The notes: generated by a model not told the origin, from the sequence alone. 64,000 bases of DNA from an uncultured Gammaproteobacteria bacterium (GCA_964521295.1 CAZFRF010000001.1:398146-462145), one strand, 5' to 3'. Numbered from the stretch's first letter, positions 1 to 11,589 are shown. Numbers and translations are program-made.

Positions 1-691
1 TGAAAAGGTTCCAAATGGCTTTGGCTCCATCTCTAAAAGTATTTAATTTCTTGCCTTCTTCATAACCCCTAGGAGTTACTTCAATAGGAACTTCTAGTAT
101 TTTAAAATTCTTCTTCATTAATTTAGCAGTTATCTCTGGTTCGAATTCAAATCCTCTTGCGTTCAATTTAATCCCATCTAGTGCGTGTGCAGGAAAAAGT
201 TTATAGCAAGTTTCCATGTCTGTTATCCATTGTCCATATAAAATACTTGTGCATAGGCTCAAAAATCTATTACCTAAGAAGTGTAATAAAAATCTAAAAG
301 TTTTTTCTTCCTTTTTTAGATTTGGCTTCCTTTTAAGCCTTGTGCCGTAAACAACCTCAGCTTTTTTAGCAATTATTGGCTCAAGTAAGCTATTAATAAA
401 CTTAGGATCATATTCCAAATCTGCATCTTGAATAATAATATAATCTCCAGTCGATTCTTTTATACCTCTTATAACAGCTGCTCCTTTACCTTGGTTTTTA
501 GGTTGGAAAAATATTTTCAAATCTTTAGTTTTGAATCCTTCTAACTTTTCTTTTGTAGAGTCTGTAGAACCATCATCAACCACAATTATCTCTTTAGTTA
601 CGTTATTAATTTTCTGATCAATAACTCTATCTAAAACCTGAGTAATTGTCTTTTCTTCATTAAAAACTGGAATGACTATTGATAACTTCAT
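1..691 (-). CDS. GT2 glycosyltransferase (GtrB/Dpm1-type polyprenyl-phosphate sugar synthase-like); C-terminus runs off the window start
   Basis: Minus-strand ATG at 689-691 overlaps the TGA of the downstream gene (ATGA). My own translation reads [31 protein letters not shown] ... [10 protein letters not shown], a typical GT2 N-terminus. It is absent from the ORF track because no stop lies inside the window. Confidence 0.6.
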   Translation of the reverse strand, partial: MKLSIVIPVFNEEKTITQVLDRVIDQKINNVTKEIIVVDDGSTDSTKEKLEGFKTKDLKIFFQPKNQGKGAAVIRGIKESTGDYIIIQDADLEYDPKFINSLLEPIIAKKAEVVYGTRLKRKPNLKKEEKTFRFLLHFLGNRFLSLCTSILYGQWITDMETCYKLFPAHALDGIKLNARGFEFEPEITAKLMKKNFKILEVPIEVTPRGYEEGKKLNTFRDGAKAIWNLF

Positions 692-1611
692 TTTGAATAA
701 ATTCCTGTAACTTCCTTATCTGTTTTCGTAAACAGCTTAATATTATTATATCGATAATACAATACTTTTGGAATATTTAATATAGCCTTAATAAAACCTA
801 AATAGAATGCGTATTCACCCTTTAATAGGGTATTTAGAAAATGGTAAGGAAGCCAAATAAAATGTTTAATTATTAAATTTAAATCTGTTGCATTTGTCCA
901 AACAAAATAAAACATATTTCGATATACAATAGATTGAACATAAGACTTTTTAAATTGTTTTTTAATTACTCCTTTTTCATGTTCATGAAAAACGGTGCTC
1001 TTAGGTTCAAAAACTAATTTATAACCTGATTTCAGCGCTCTGTATGATAAATCAATATCTTCCCAATAAAAAGGGCTAAACAATGGATCCATTCCTCCCA
1101 ATTTATCCCAAATAGACCTTCTAAATGTCCCACTCCCACCGCTCACCCAAAGCGTATCTGTTAAATTAACTTCTCCTCTTGAATGAACCAAAAATCCCCT
1201 TTTCCAAGAACCTACCCCTCTACCTCTTAAAACATGGCCATCTTTTTCAATACTTCTATCCATACAGCCTACTGCAAAAACAGCTTCATCTTTAAAATTA
1301 GCAAGTAGCGGGTCAAGAAAACCTGCTTCTGGATATACATCTGTATTAAGTAACAATAATATTTCCCCATTGGCCTTAGAAACTCCGAAATTTACGGTTT
1401 TTGCAAAACCCATATTTTGCGGATTTTGAAACAAAGTTACTTCAGAAAGAGTCTGTAAGTACAAAACAGAGTTATCGGTTGAAAAATCATCAACAACAAT
1501 TATCTCTATCTTCCCTCTTTGGTACTTTTTTAATTCAGAAATAATTTTTGGAAGATTCTTTTTTAAAAGTTCTTCACCATTATAATTTGGAATAATTACA
1601 CTAATATTCAT
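688..1611 (-). CDS. GT2 glycosyltransferase
   Basis: N-terminus [12 protein letters not shown]...[12 protein letters not shown] is a GT2 DxD-fold signature. It is in an operon with neighbours through 4-nt overlaps. Confidence 0.75.
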   Translation of the reverse strand: MNISVIIPNYNGEELLKKNLPKIISELKKYQRGKIEIIVVDDFSTDNSVLYLQTLSEVTLFQNPQNMGFAKTVNFGVSKANGEILLLLNTDVYPEAGFLDPLLANFKDEAVFAVGCMDRSIEKDGHVLRGRGVGSWKRGFLVHSRGEVNLTDTLWVSGGSGTFRRSIWDKLGGMDPLFSPFYWEDIDLSYRALKSGYKLVFEPKSTVFHEHEKGVIKKQFKKSYVQSIVYRNMFYFVWTNATDLNLIIKHFIWLPYHFLNTLLKGEYAFYLGFIKAILNIPKVLYYRYNNIKLFTKTDKEVTGIYSK

Positions 1612-1613
1612 TA

Positions 1614-3872
1614 TTAAAACAATGTATTATAAAAAACTAGCTTATGTTTTCCGGCTGGGATTATAACACCTCTAAAATTATAGTCTGTAAGATATATATT
1701 TGCATTATTACCATCTATTGACGCTTTCCAAGACGGATAGTAACTATCTGTTAAAATTAAAAATCCTTCTTTTTCATTATCGGTATTAATCTCAACTTTA
1801 TTTGCAGAATAGGATACAATTTTTACTGCTCCAACATTCCAAATTTTATCCCATTTCGAATCGCTCGATGCAACCACTGCTCTTTGACTTAAGGGAATAT
1901 TCTCATAGAGTTTATTAATTTCATCTTGCTTACTTACAGCATTAATTGTTCTCTGAACAAAAAAAGCTCTAGGCAAAGCACCATTGTTTTCGTAGATATG
2001 TGTTTTACCCTCAGTCAAAACTTTTACATATTTTGAGCCCTCAAGCTTATCTGCTGTTAAAATATATTTGACTCCTAAAAGATCAATTATTGGAGATTTA
2101 TAATTTTCAACCTTAATAATCCTATTGAACCCAAATGGAGAGTGAATATCCGGACTATTTCTGCCAACGCTAGCCATTAACTCTCCATACCTTTGTAAAT
2201 ATAGAGGGTCATAACCATCAATGCTTTGTAGCTTATACATAATTGCAAAATTAGGTGGAAAAATTTCACCATTTGTTTCCATTATTCTCGCAAGACCTGT
2301 ATTTTCTTGTAAGAAAGAAAGAGCTTTAGTGGTTGGATAAAGATATTCTTGTTTTGAAAACGTAAGGTATTTCCAACCCATTCTAAATAAATCAAATAAA
2401 TTTATTGCAATAAGTAAGATTATTAAATACTTAATATATTTTTGTTTATTTTTCAAAACAAAAAAATAATTAACAACTAGTAGAGATGCTAAAGATATGA
2501 AAATAACAGTTGGAAATACTAAATTTCTCTTAGTTACTAATAAATTTTCTGCTGAAATATTTCCCAAACCATTAAAAAATACAAACAACCAAAGGCTTGT
2601 AAATATTAATGCAAAAATTAATAGATTAATAAATATTTTTTTATCTTTCTTCTTTATGATAAATTCATGAATACCATAAGATGCTAAAACAATTAAACAG
2701 AAATCAATTACTGCTAAAAGCCGCGTTGGCTGAGAAGTGGAGATAAAAGGTATGTGTAAATAAAATGGAAGCTTAGAAATTAAATTGGGAAAAGCAAAAA
2801 CTAATGATAGTAATAAAGAAATAATGAAAAATATTTTTTCCTTGCTAACCTTAAACAATGAATAAATTGCAAAAAATAAAGCAATAACACCTATATATCC
2901 AATAAATTCTCCATAATTCCACTCTCCAAAATAATTCAGTGTTGTAGGATTTCCAAAAAAATCAGGAGCTATAAACTGAACTGCATTTTGCCAAGGAATA
3001 AACCAACCTTTTGCAAGCCAATCAATTTGATCTGAATTTCTAGCCGACAAATTGATAAACTGAAATACAAGATAAAGACTAGGCAATGCAATAACTACGA
3101 AAATAATATTTGCAATAAAAAAATATGGCACTACCTTAACTAAGCTTTTGTTAGATAAAAGTTTATAAATAAAATAAACTGTACTTAGTAATAGAATATA
3201 AAAAAAGATTTGCAAATGCCCTGCGAAAAATGAAAAAAGTAAAGCAATCGAATATAACCCTAACCAAATAAATAACTCCTTTCGCTTATTCAAATTATCG
3301 ACTAACTTATCAATCGCCAAAAACAACATGGGAAGCCAAAGATAAACGCTAACTATATTTCCCCATTCCATCCAGGAAATTGCAAATCCACAAAAAGCAA
3401 AAGCAAGTGATCCAAACATAGCCGCCTTTAGCTCTAATTTTAGATTTTTTAAAAAAAGAAACATAAATAAACCAGCTAAAATTGGTTGAGAAATAATTAA
3501 TAGACTCCAAGCGAGCTCAAAAGGCATTAGAAAAAATAAGAAATTCAAAGGATAAAAAGCTGCTGACTGGAAATTTGCTAACAATGGGCTACCCGAAAAG
3601 GAATATGGGTTCCAGAGGGGAAACTCAAATTTCTTTTCTGCTTCGATTACCAAATTCTTCCAAGGATACTGTTGTCTAACAGGATCAGTAGTTAAAAAAT
3701 TCTTAAATGGAATTCCATTTGGATATTCACTTGCATATCTATCTCTATATGGATGATATAGGCCAACAATTGTATCAGAAGGAATAGGCAATAAGCTTTT
3801 CAGAAATACATCTTTAAAGAAAATTGAAATTATCCCAATATAAATTACTAATAAAATTACTTTAAACTTCAT
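1614..3872 (-). CDS. YfhO-family polytopic membrane protein (GT-C fold glycosyltransferase)
   Basis: 752 aa with many TM helices. Motif WNPYSFSGSPLLANFQSAAFYPLN and C-terminal YYPSWKASIDGN domain are shared with two paralogs in this window. Confidence 0.7.
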   Translation of the reverse strand: MKFKVILLVIYIGIISIFFKDVFLKSLLPIPSDTIVGLYHPYRDRYASEYPNGIPFKNFLTTDPVRQQYPWKNLVIEAEKKFEFPLWNPYSFSGSPLLANFQSAAFYPLNFLFFLMPFELAWSLLIISQPILAGLFMFLFLKNLKLELKAAMFGSLAFAFCGFAISWMEWGNIVSVYLWLPMLFLAIDKLVDNLNKRKELFIWLGLYSIALLFSFFAGHLQIFFYILLLSTVYFIYKLLSNKSLVKVVPYFFIANIIFVVIALPSLYLVFQFINLSARNSDQIDWLAKGWFIPWQNAVQFIAPDFFGNPTTLNYFGEWNYGEFIGYIGVIALFFAIYSLFKVSKEKIFFIISLLLSLVFAFPNLISKLPFYLHIPFISTSQPTRLLAVIDFCLIVLASYGIHEFIIKKKDKKIFINLLIFALIFTSLWLFVFFNGLGNISAENLLVTKRNLVFPTVIFISLASLLVVNYFFVLKNKQKYIKYLIILLIAINLFDLFRMGWKYLTFSKQEYLYPTTKALSFLQENTGLARIMETNGEIFPPNFAIMYKLQSIDGYDPLYLQRYGELMASVGRNSPDIHSPFGFNRIIKVENYKSPIIDLLGVKYILTADKLEGSKYVKVLTEGKTHIYENNGALPRAFFVQRTINAVSKQDEINKLYENIPLSQRAVVASSDSKWDKIWNVGAVKIVSYSANKVEINTDNEKEGFLILTDSYYPSWKASIDGNNANIYLTDYNFRGVIIPAGKHKLVFYNTLF

Positions 3873-4946
3873 TTATTTAAATATTCCTCTAATCTTATCG
3901 CAGAAAATATCTGAAACAAAAGCACTAGATCTTTTAATTGCTGCTTTTGATATTTCATTTAATTTTTCTTCATCCTGTGTCAATAAAATTGTCTTTAGCA
4001 TTAATTCTTCTTCGTCTGACCACAAGAATCCATTTACTCCATCCTCTACAATCTCTGGTTGACCACCTGCATTAATAACAATTGGGACATCACCGTTGGC
4101 CATTGATTCAACTGTTGTTATACCAAAGTGCTCTGCTCGCTCTGGATTAATAATTAAATCCTCTCCGAAACCAGATGCATGCCAATAAATTTTTGCTAGT
4201 GCATACTCTTCCTGCAAGACTTGGTTGTCAACATTTTCTAATATTTTTATCGGGTAATTTTTTATAATTTTTTTTAATTCTTCTATATAAAGTTTATCTT
4301 TAGGAAAATAGCTTATAACCAAATGCAATTCCCAACCTTTAAAACCTTTATCTACCATTTTTTTAAACGTATCAATTAAAAATTCTTGTTTTTTAAAAGA
4401 GGTTTTATTTTCGAATCGCTCATACCTACCAATATTTAAAATAATATTTTTCTTTTTATTAAAATCTATTTTACGCTGATCCTTAGAAAAAAAAGTAGGA
4501 GGGTAAATAATATCGCTATTTATTTTAAATTCTTTGTCAATAAATTGCTTAGTAAAATTAGAATTGCAAATAATTCTATTTACTCTTTTTAACTTAATCT
4601 TATCTAATACTTCAAGTTTTTTATTTTTAACAGGAAATTGAAAATGTATAATTAAACTAGAACTTACCAAAGGCAAGCTTCCATCACTTAAGACAAAAAT
4701 ATAATCATATTTTTTTGTTAGAAGTAATCTATTAAATAAGGAGGTTTTATTATTAAAGATGTTTTTTACAATTCTTACTTTACTCAAATCTATTCCTAAT
4801 TTAGCTTCAGCCCTCTTGACAATCGAAGCATCATCCCAAAAGACCTCAACATCTGAAGAAATCGACAAACATGCTGCAGCGAGCAGCATATATTTTTCCC
4901 CTCCGCTTAGAGTGTCTAAATAGGGAGAGTAAATTCCAATCTTCAC
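3873..4946 (-). CDS. GT4 (GT-B fold) glycosyltransferase
   Basis: C-terminal EHFGITTVESMANGDVPIV...GGQPEIV matches the GT4 E-X7-E region. Confidence 0.75.
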   Translation of the reverse strand: MKIGIYSPYLDTLSGGEKYMLLAAACLSISSDVEVFWDDASIVKRAEAKLGIDLSKVRIVKNIFNNKTSLFNRLLLTKKYDYIFVLSDGSLPLVSSSLIIHFQFPVKNKKLEVLDKIKLKRVNRIICNSNFTKQFIDKEFKINSDIIYPPTFFSKDQRKIDFNKKKNIILNIGRYERFENKTSFKKQEFLIDTFKKMVDKGFKGWELHLVISYFPKDKLYIEELKKIIKNYPIKILENVDNQVLQEEYALAKIYWHASGFGEDLIINPERAEHFGITTVESMANGDVPIVINAGGQPEIVEDGVNGFLWSDEEELMLKTILLTQDEEKLNEISKAAIKRSSAFVSDIFCDKIRGIFK

Positions 4947-5010
4947 ATTCTTATTTTAGCAACTTTTAGACTGCATTGCATATTAAAATAATTAAGACTA
5001 TAATAATCTT

Positions 5011-5244
5011 ATGAATTTATTAGATATGAATCAATCTTCAGCACTACTTTTCTTTGGAGCATTCCTCTGGTCTATTTTTTGGAAAGGGCTTGCACTATGG
5101 AGATCTGCAAATCTAAAACAGAAAAATTGGTTTGTCGCTTTACTAATCCTCAATACAATTGGAATTGCAGAGATTGCATATCTTTTCTTTTTTGCAAAAA
5201 AGAAAATGGCTATATCAGAACTTAAATTTTGGGAAGCAAAATAA
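5011..5244 (+). CDS. small two-TM membrane protein, hypothetical
   Basis: 77 aa with two hydrophobic segments. It is a lone plus-strand ORF between minus-strand operons and may not be coding. Confidence 0.3.
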   Translation: MNLLDMNQSSALLFFGAFLWSIFWKGLALWRSANLKQKNWFVALLILNTIGIAEIAYLFFFAKKKMAISELKFWEAK

Positions 5245-7555
5245 CTTTTCCTCTTAAAATATATACTACAACCATCATTCCAAATCCAAATAATGCTAAT
5301 CCCACGCCACAGGCAAATGAAGTAGGTTGAAAAATTAATTGCAAATCATGTGCTCCCTTAGGCAAAATAATTCCTTGGAATGCAAAATTAGCTCTATATA
5401 TTTTAGTTTTTACACCATCAACATAGGCATTCCAACCAGGTGAATAAGGGTTAGAAATAAATAGCATTGACACTCCATCGGTATTTAATTTAAAACGCAT
5501 TGAATTTGCAGTTGACCTAACCAACTTAATTTCCGACTCAATAGCATCAAGTCGCACAGCCGGATCTTCTTCAAGATAAATAGTATCTTTTAAATTTTTA
5601 TCAGTAAAAACTTGCCTTAACTCTGTCTTTACATCTTTTATTACTGAGTAATTTATTACTGTAAAAAAACGTGGCATTGCATCCTTATTTTCAAATATTT
5701 GATATACATTATCATCATAAACTAATTTGTAAGTATCTGGATATTTCCAAAACGGATAAACCCATACGTTTCTACCATCAGCAATTTTATGAACAATATA
5801 TTTAACTCCTAATAAATCAAGCGTTTCTTTGGCAAATTTACCATTTTTAGGAAATAAAACTACAGACCTAAAAGCTTCATGTAAATTTCCCTCCTCTGCT
5901 GCTGAAATAAATTCACCATACCGTCTTAGATATACAGCATCATATCCTTCAATGGAAGGCAATTTATTAACTACTGTTTCTTCTGTACCTAAATTACCAA
6001 AAAATCTATCTACTCCAGAAAGCTTTTCATACTCTTTAACAATGGGAGTTTTGGGGTAAAATAATGATTTTGGTCCAAATTCTTGCCACTTACCCACAAA
6101 TCTCAACATCTCAAATGAAACCACCAAAATAAGAAGTAAAGATAAAACCTGCGCAAATCTTGGCTTATTGAATTTAATAAATAAATATTTAACTAGAACC
6201 CAAAAAATTAATAACGAAAAGATTAAAGAAGGCAAAATAAAATTTTGTTTTGCAATATAAATTTTATCAACTGGAATTAAAAACTTTAATAGAATACTAA
6301 TCCAAACTAAAGCAAATAAACCAACCAATCCACTTAACCATACTCCAATTTTACTTATTTTTTTTAAATCCTTATTTAGAAATTCAAAACCATACGCTCC
6401 CAATACAGCCAAACTAAAACTTGTAATAACAATAATTCTACTTAAGGCGCTTGTAGAGATTACTGGAATTTTAAAAGCTACGATTAAATCTAAAAACGGG
6501 GTGTTAATACAGAATGCTAGCGAAACCAAAACAGCAATAGCAAAAAAAAGTATCTTTTTAAATTTAAGATAAAAGAAACTAAATGAAGCCAATAATAAAA
6601 CTGAAGTTCCTACATATCCATTCCATTCGGCATAATGTCCAAACCAATCATTTCGGGTTACTGGATTTCCAAAAAAATCAGGAGCTAATATTGTAACTAA
6701 ATATCCAAAAGGAATAGCCTCATTTTTTTGAAAAATGGTACTTCGGAGAGATTGAGAATATATTTCTATTGAAGGAAGAAGTTGAGGCAGAGTTAAAAAT
6801 AATCCAAAAATAGCATAAAACAGGGTATACAAAAATTTTCTTTTTTCTTTTTCTTCCCATAACTTAAACAAAAGATATATAAAAGTAAAAATTAAAAAGT
6901 AAACACTAATTTGAAAATGTCCGCTAAAAAATGAAAGCGGAAATGTGAATGCTAAAAGAAATAGATATTTAAATTTTTGTGATAAATAGAATTTTTCTAT
7001 TGAAAAAAGGGCTAAGGGTAAAAATAAAATTGCGTATCCAAGAGTTGCGTAGTCCATCCACGTAGTTAAAAAACCGCAAAACATAAATGATATCGCTCCT
7101 AATACCGCAGATTCGTTTTGCAACTTTATGACTCTCAAAAAAAGCAACATAAATATTCCTGCTAATAGAGGTTGTAGTAAAACGAGAATACTCCAAGCAT
7201 CAACGAATTGAAAAATGAAAAATATTAAATTAAATGGACTTAAAACTGCTGATTGGTAATTTGCTAAATGATTTGTACCCGAAAAACTATATGGATTCCA
7301 AAACGGAACCTCTCCAGATTTAAATGTCTCAATTGTATGCATTTTCCAAGGAATTATTTGTGAAATAACGTCTGGCATAGCATTGTTCTTAACAGGGCCA
7401 ACATAGGTAGAATATGCGCTCCAAGGGGTAAAAAAATTAGTTAAATAAGTTGAAGAAAAAGGAACCTTGTTACCCGAAAAAACAGGTAATGCAAAAATAA
7501 ACCAAATTGCAATGATAAATAAATATGGCCAGATTTTACTTAATATTTTAGACAT
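5222..7555 (-). CDS. YfhO-family polytopic membrane protein (GT-C fold)
   Basis: Motifs WNPYSFSGTNHLANYQSAVLSPFN and SPGWNAYVDGVKTKIY. The ORF-track start at 7639 overlaps the upstream GT2 by 92 nt. The internal ATG at 7553-7555 (MSKILSKIWPY...) lies 2 nt after that gene's stop and is the likelier start. Confidence 0.7.
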   Translation of the reverse strand: MSKILSKIWPYLFIIAIWFIFALPVFSGNKVPFSSTYLTNFFTPWSAYSTYVGPVKNNAMPDVISQIIPWKMHTIETFKSGEVPFWNPYSFSGTNHLANYQSAVLSPFNLIFFIFQFVDAWSILVLLQPLLAGIFMLLFLRVIKLQNESAVLGAISFMFCGFLTTWMDYATLGYAILFLPLALFSIEKFYLSQKFKYLFLLAFTFPLSFFSGHFQISVYFLIFTFIYLLFKLWEEKEKRKFLYTLFYAIFGLFLTLPQLLPSIEIYSQSLRSTIFQKNEAIPFGYLVTILAPDFFGNPVTRNDWFGHYAEWNGYVGTSVLLLASFSFFYLKFKKILFFAIAVLVSLAFCINTPFLDLIVAFKIPVISTSALSRIIVITSFSLAVLGAYGFEFLNKDLKKISKIGVWLSGLVGLFALVWISILLKFLIPVDKIYIAKQNFILPSLIFSLLIFWVLVKYLFIKFNKPRFAQVLSLLLILVVSFEMLRFVGKWQEFGPKSLFYPKTPIVKEYEKLSGVDRFFGNLGTEETVVNKLPSIEGYDAVYLRRYGEFISAAEEGNLHEAFRSVVLFPKNGKFAKETLDLLGVKYIVHKIADGRNVWVYPFWKYPDTYKLVYDDNVYQIFENKDAMPRFFTVINYSVIKDVKTELRQVFTDKNLKDTIYLEEDPAVRLDAIESEIKLVRSTANSMRFKLNTDGVSMLFISNPYSPGWNAYVDGVKTKIYRANFAFQGIILPKGAHDLQLIFQPTSFACGVGLALFGFGMMVVVYILRGKVILLPKI

Positions 7556-8306
7556 TTTTTTTACTAATTTCTTTTTGCTGTAACTCCCAAAGCTTTGCAT
7601 AGGTAATAAAAATACTAAATGCTTGAAACATACTCTCAACTAGACCTGCTGTTCTTGCTTTGTATCCTTGTTGCTTAATATAAGAATCAAAAAATGCCAT
7701 TATCATTACTCTCGGAAACCTCCACCAAGTCATCTTAGGATGATTTTGGTTATATCTTAAAATTGCTTCAGTAGTTGACCATCTTAATGTCTTATTAATC
7801 ATTGATTCTAAATCCCGATGTGTAAAATGCAAAATAAAACCATCTAGTATTTTGCCCTCTCCTTTAACATCTGGTGTCTCATGCAGCTGCCCCTTCCACC
7901 CCTGTAAATCTTTTTTCCTAAATAACCTTTCCATTTTTTCAATACGAGGCCAAGGATTTTTACCCAAATAATAATTTTGACGTTTTAAATAATAAAAAGA
8001 AAAATTGTCTTCACTAGCTGCTTTAATAATTGAATTCTTTAATTCACTATCAATTCTTTCGTCTGCATCTAAATACAGGAGGTATTCATGACTTGCTTTT
8101 TGTAGTCCTAGATTTCTTAACTCAGAGAAATCATTTGTATCAATTGAAAAAACTTTAGCACCTTGCTTCTGTGCGATATCTTTAGTTTTATCGATAGAAG
8201 CATTATCGATAACTATTATTTCATCACAAAAAGATAGGCTTTCCAGACAATCCCCTAACATTTGCTCTTCATTTTTAGCAATAACAACTGCGGAAATTTT
8301 ATTCAT
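7548..8306 (-). CDS. GT2 glycosyltransferase
   Basis: ISAVVIAKNEE...IIVIDNASIDKT...LYLDADE (DxD) motifs. Confidence 0.75.
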   Translation of the reverse strand: MNKISAVVIAKNEEQMLGDCLESLSFCDEIIVIDNASIDKTKDIAQKQGAKVFSIDTNDFSELRNLGLQKASHEYLLYLDADERIDSELKNSIIKAASEDNFSFYYLKRQNYYLGKNPWPRIEKMERLFRKKDLQGWKGQLHETPDVKGEGKILDGFILHFTHRDLESMINKTLRWSTTEAILRYNQNHPKMTWWRFPRVMIMAFFDSYIKQQGYKARTAGLVESMFQAFSIFITYAKLWELQQKEISKKNV

Positions 8307-9217
8307 TATTTTTGATAAGAACCTTTACCGAATACATTTAAATAAAAATCTCTAATACCAATCTTTTGCCATTTTCTTCCTTTAAGCAAAATTAAAATAC
8401 TTTCTTTAACAAGCGCTGCCTTAACTCTTAAATTTACATATTTAAAACCAAATAACATTCTATTTCTGGAAATATAATAATCTTGCAAGCTTGATCCAGA
8501 ACCTCCAGTCGCTGCTGCATTTAAATGCCACAAAATAGCTCTTGGGTTAAATGTTATTTTATATCCCAATTTTTTAATTCTCATTCCTAAATCTGCATCC
8601 TCATAATATAGAAAAAATCTTTCATCAAAAAAACTAGATTTTTCTAAAACTTCCCTACTTAGCATCATGCAACAACCTGTTGGTATCTCTGTTTCATTTA
8701 TTTCTGAGAATTGACCTTTATCAACTTCATCAACTCCAATATGCTTGCCAATTACATTGGCCCAGTCCATAAAGCCTCCTGCATACCAGATAACCTTTCC
8801 TAGCTCTTGTTCCTTATATCTATCTTTATGATACTCATGACCCTTAGCAAAATATATTTTTGGGACAACAGCGCCAACCTTATCATCTGCAAACGGCTTA
8901 AGCAACTCCTCTACCAAATCTTTATCGAGTATCGTGTCATTATTTAAAATTAATACAAAATCTGCTCCATTACGAATAGAAAAATCTATCCCAGTATTTT
9001 GACCTCCAGAAAAACCAAGATTTTTTTCGTTTCTTAAAACAAATAACTCAAAATTATTATATTTATTTTCAGTTGCAAATTCTTTCTCGGAAGCATTATC
9101 TACTACAACTACTGATAATTTAAAATTATTTACTGAAAGTTTTTCAATACTATCTAAACAGTCTTGAGTCGACTGATTATCATTAAAAGTTAGAATAGAA
9201 ATAAAAACATGTTTCAT
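8306..9217 (-). CDS. GT2 glycosyltransferase
   Basis: ISILTFNDNQ...VVVVDNASEKE motifs. Confidence 0.7.
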   Translation of the reverse strand: MKHVFISILTFNDNQSTQDCLDSIEKLSVNNFKLSVVVVDNASEKEFATENKYNNFELFVLRNEKNLGFSGGQNTGIDFSIRNGADFVLILNNDTILDKDLVEELLKPFADDKVGAVVPKIYFAKGHEYHKDRYKEQELGKVIWYAGGFMDWANVIGKHIGVDEVDKGQFSEINETEIPTGCCMMLSREVLEKSSFFDERFFLYYEDADLGMRIKKLGYKITFNPRAILWHLNAAATGGSGSSLQDYYISRNRMLFGFKYVNLRVKAALVKESILILLKGRKWQKIGIRDFYLNVFGKGSYQK

Positions 9218-10131
9218 AAGGGTAACTTTGATGTTATTTTTACGAGTGTTTTTTTAATTGGATTTTTTACTTGTTCTAATTTTTCTTTTGCAATCCAAAA
9301 CACGATATCTTTTCCAGCCTTTTTAAACTCTTTTTCAGTTTCTTCAAGAAAATTATTATTATTGTATTCTTTAAACCCTTTTTTCTCCCAAATTAAAGTA
9401 AAAATGATAAAATGATAAAATCCCATAAGTAGAGACAAGATTAATCCATGGAATCCATCTTTATAGCCTTTTCTTGCAAAAAATCTACTTAAAAATTCTG
9501 CAACCGGAAACTTGATAGCATCAAAATAATTGAAATCATATCCTTTCTCTACAATATTTTCAGCTTCATTTTGTGCATAATTTAAGGTTTTAGTTGTAAA
9601 CTGAAAAATTGATTCATAATTATTATGTATTAAATGTTCTTTTAGCTTTGCTGTTTGACCTTCAATCTGAAGATGTTCATGAACATGTTTTGCGCCATAT
9701 TTTCCTTTACCTTTTCTAAATAATCTTAATTGATAATCAGGATACCAGCCAGTATTTTCAATCCATTTCCCAAAGATTATATTTTTTCTTGGAATCCAAA
9801 AACCATTAATATACTCTATTTGTGAAGGCGCACTTAAAATCTTTTTAATTTCCCCCGCTAACTCTTCTGAAACCATCTCATCAGCATCAATACTTAATAT
9901 AAAGTCGCATGTTGTTTTATCAAAACCAAAGTTTTTTTGGATATCAATATTTTGAGGATTATTTTTTTGAGTATATACTTTCTCTGTATATTTTTTAGCT
10001 ATTTCTTCTGTTTTATCATTAGAAGAATTATTGACTACTATTATCTCATCGCAAAAAGCTAAAGACTTTAGTGTTTTTTCAATATTTCTTTCTTCATTAT
10101 ATGCACTGATTACGGCAGAAATTTTGTACAT
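9214..10131 (-). CDS. GT2 glycosyltransferase
   Basis: ISAVISAYNEE...IIVVNNSSNDKT...LSIDADE motifs. Confidence 0.75.
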   Translation of the reverse strand: MYKISAVISAYNEERNIEKTLKSLAFCDEIIVVNNSSNDKTEEIAKKYTEKVYTQKNNPQNIDIQKNFGFDKTTCDFILSIDADEMVSEELAGEIKKILSAPSQIEYINGFWIPRKNIIFGKWIENTGWYPDYQLRLFRKGKGKYGAKHVHEHLQIEGQTAKLKEHLIHNNYESIFQFTTKTLNYAQNEAENIVEKGYDFNYFDAIKFPVAEFLSRFFARKGYKDGFHGLILSLLMGFYHFIIFTLIWEKKGFKEYNNNNFLEETEKEFKKAGKDIVFWIAKEKLEQVKNPIKKTLVKITSKLPL

Positions 10132-10134
10132 AAT

Positions 10135-11589
10135 TTATTTTCTCAAGCTTTGCTTAATAAGTAAAATATCAGCTTTAATTTGCTCACGGCCAATCAAGAA
10201 ACTAACTCCAAAATAAACAAATATACCAACCAGTATACACGCGAAAACCCCAAATAAGCTTCCGCCAAGAAATCCTGCTAAGACATAAAGAATTACTCCC
10301 ATAACAACCGTGCTGATTGTTGGATACAAAACTGAACTTAATACACTAAAATTTAGATATCTTTTTACAATCAAAACTACCAAAACTACCGACAATGAAA
10401 TTAGAGCAGAAGATATCGCAACGCCGTTAAATCCAAATGTAAAAATCATAAAAGGAGTCAACACCCATGTAGCAATTGTCCAAAAAACCATTAAATATAA
10501 GGTTATTTTAATTTTTCCAATCGCATTTAATGCATTCGTTAAAGGCGTAGATACTGAAGACAATGCTGAGCTAATAGCAAAAAACACTAAAGAAAGTAAT
10601 GCAGGCTCCCATTTAATATATTTGGGAATTAAATTCACAAAATATGGCCCTAGAAGCACTAAACCTACTAATGAAGGGAAGATTAAAAAACAGGCTGCAA
10701 AAATCGATTTCTCAATTGCTTTTACTAAGATATCTTTTTCATCCTGCAAGCGAGAGAAAGATGGAAATGTAATTCTTATCACATTATCCATAATTAGCCT
10801 AAGAGGCATGAGTGCCCACTTTTGCGCAAAGCCAATATAGCCTACTTGCGCAATAGGCAAAGCTTTTCCTAAATAAGCTATGAATAAATCATCCTTTACT
10901 AAGGCTAGAAAACTATTTAATTGGAAGGGAATTCCAAACGACAAAAGTTGTTTTGCTGAACTTTTGGAAAAACCCAAACTAATTCTCCAAGGCTTAATCA
11001 AGTAAATTGTAATAAGCCCCGAAACACCCCTAGCTAAAACAGCATAACTAAAGCTCGCAATTCCAAATCCATTGACAGCCAGAGCTACAACAATTACATT
11101 GAAAAAAATAGTCTCAACAATTTGAGGAATTACTAACTTATCAAAATTTAAATTTCTTTCTAAGATAATGGATGGGATGGTTTTTAATGAAGATAAGAAA
11201 AAAGAAATTGCTAAAGCTTGAAAAAGAAAAACCCCATCTGATCCTAGATTATAAAACTTACCTACAAAACCTGATAAAAGTAAAGCAATAATAACTATAC
11301 TTAAAACTAATATTTGCTGCAAAGTAAAGGTAGTTTTTAAATCTTCCTCTGTTAATTTATCTTTTTTTTGAATTAATGCAGCAGCGAGTCCGATATCAGA
11401 AAAGTATGACAAAAACGCAATTGCTGCAGATACAACAAAGAAGATTCCAAAGACAGAAGGCGATAAGAAAATAGTTAAGATAAAATTAGCTGAAAAACTA
11501 ACTAATTGAATAAAAAAAGTTCTGGAGGTTAACGCAAAAATTCCATGAATGGATTTTTTTGTTATCAGAGCTATATCAGTTTCTTCCAT
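10135..11589 (-). CDS. MOP-superfamily polysaccharide flippase (Wzx-like)
   Basis: 484 aa with about 12-14 TM helices, typical of polysaccharide biosynthesis protein architecture. Confidence 0.6.
   Translation of the reverse strand: MEETDIALITKKSIHGIFALTSRTFFIQLVSFSANFILTIFLSPSVFGIFFVVSAAIAFLSYFSDIGLAAALIQKKDKLTEEDLKTTFTLQQILVLSIVIIALLLSGFVGKFYNLGSDGVFLFQALAISFFLSSLKTIPSIILERNLNFDKLVIPQIVETIFFNVIVVALAVNGFGIASFSYAVLARGVSGLITIYLIKPWRISLGFSKSSAKQLLSFGIPFQLNSFLALVKDDLFIAYLGKALPIAQVGYIGFAQKWALMPLRLIMDNVIRITFPSFSRLQDEKDILVKAIEKSIFAACFLIFPSLVGLVLLGPYFVNLIPKYIKWEPALLSLVFFAISSALSSVSTPLTNALNAIGKIKITLYLMVFWTIATWVLTPFMIFTFGFNGVAISSALISLSVVLVVLIVKRYLNFSVLSSVLYPTISTVVMGVILYVLAGFLGGSLFGVFACILVGIFVYFGVSFLIGREQIKADILLIKQSLRK

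Noticed and set aside
5829-7196. Small ORFs 5829-6059 (+) and 6969-7196 (-) inside the YfhO gene
   Set aside because: They are embedded in a long, well-supported membrane protein ORF. No independent signals.
7556-7639. N-terminal 28-aa extension of the YfhO ORF (MRVCFKHLVFLLPMQSFG...) overlapping the upstream GT2 by 92 nt
   Set aside because: The internal ATG at 7553-7555 gives a normal 2-nt intergenic gap and a typical membrane-protein N-terminus. The long overlap is unlikely.
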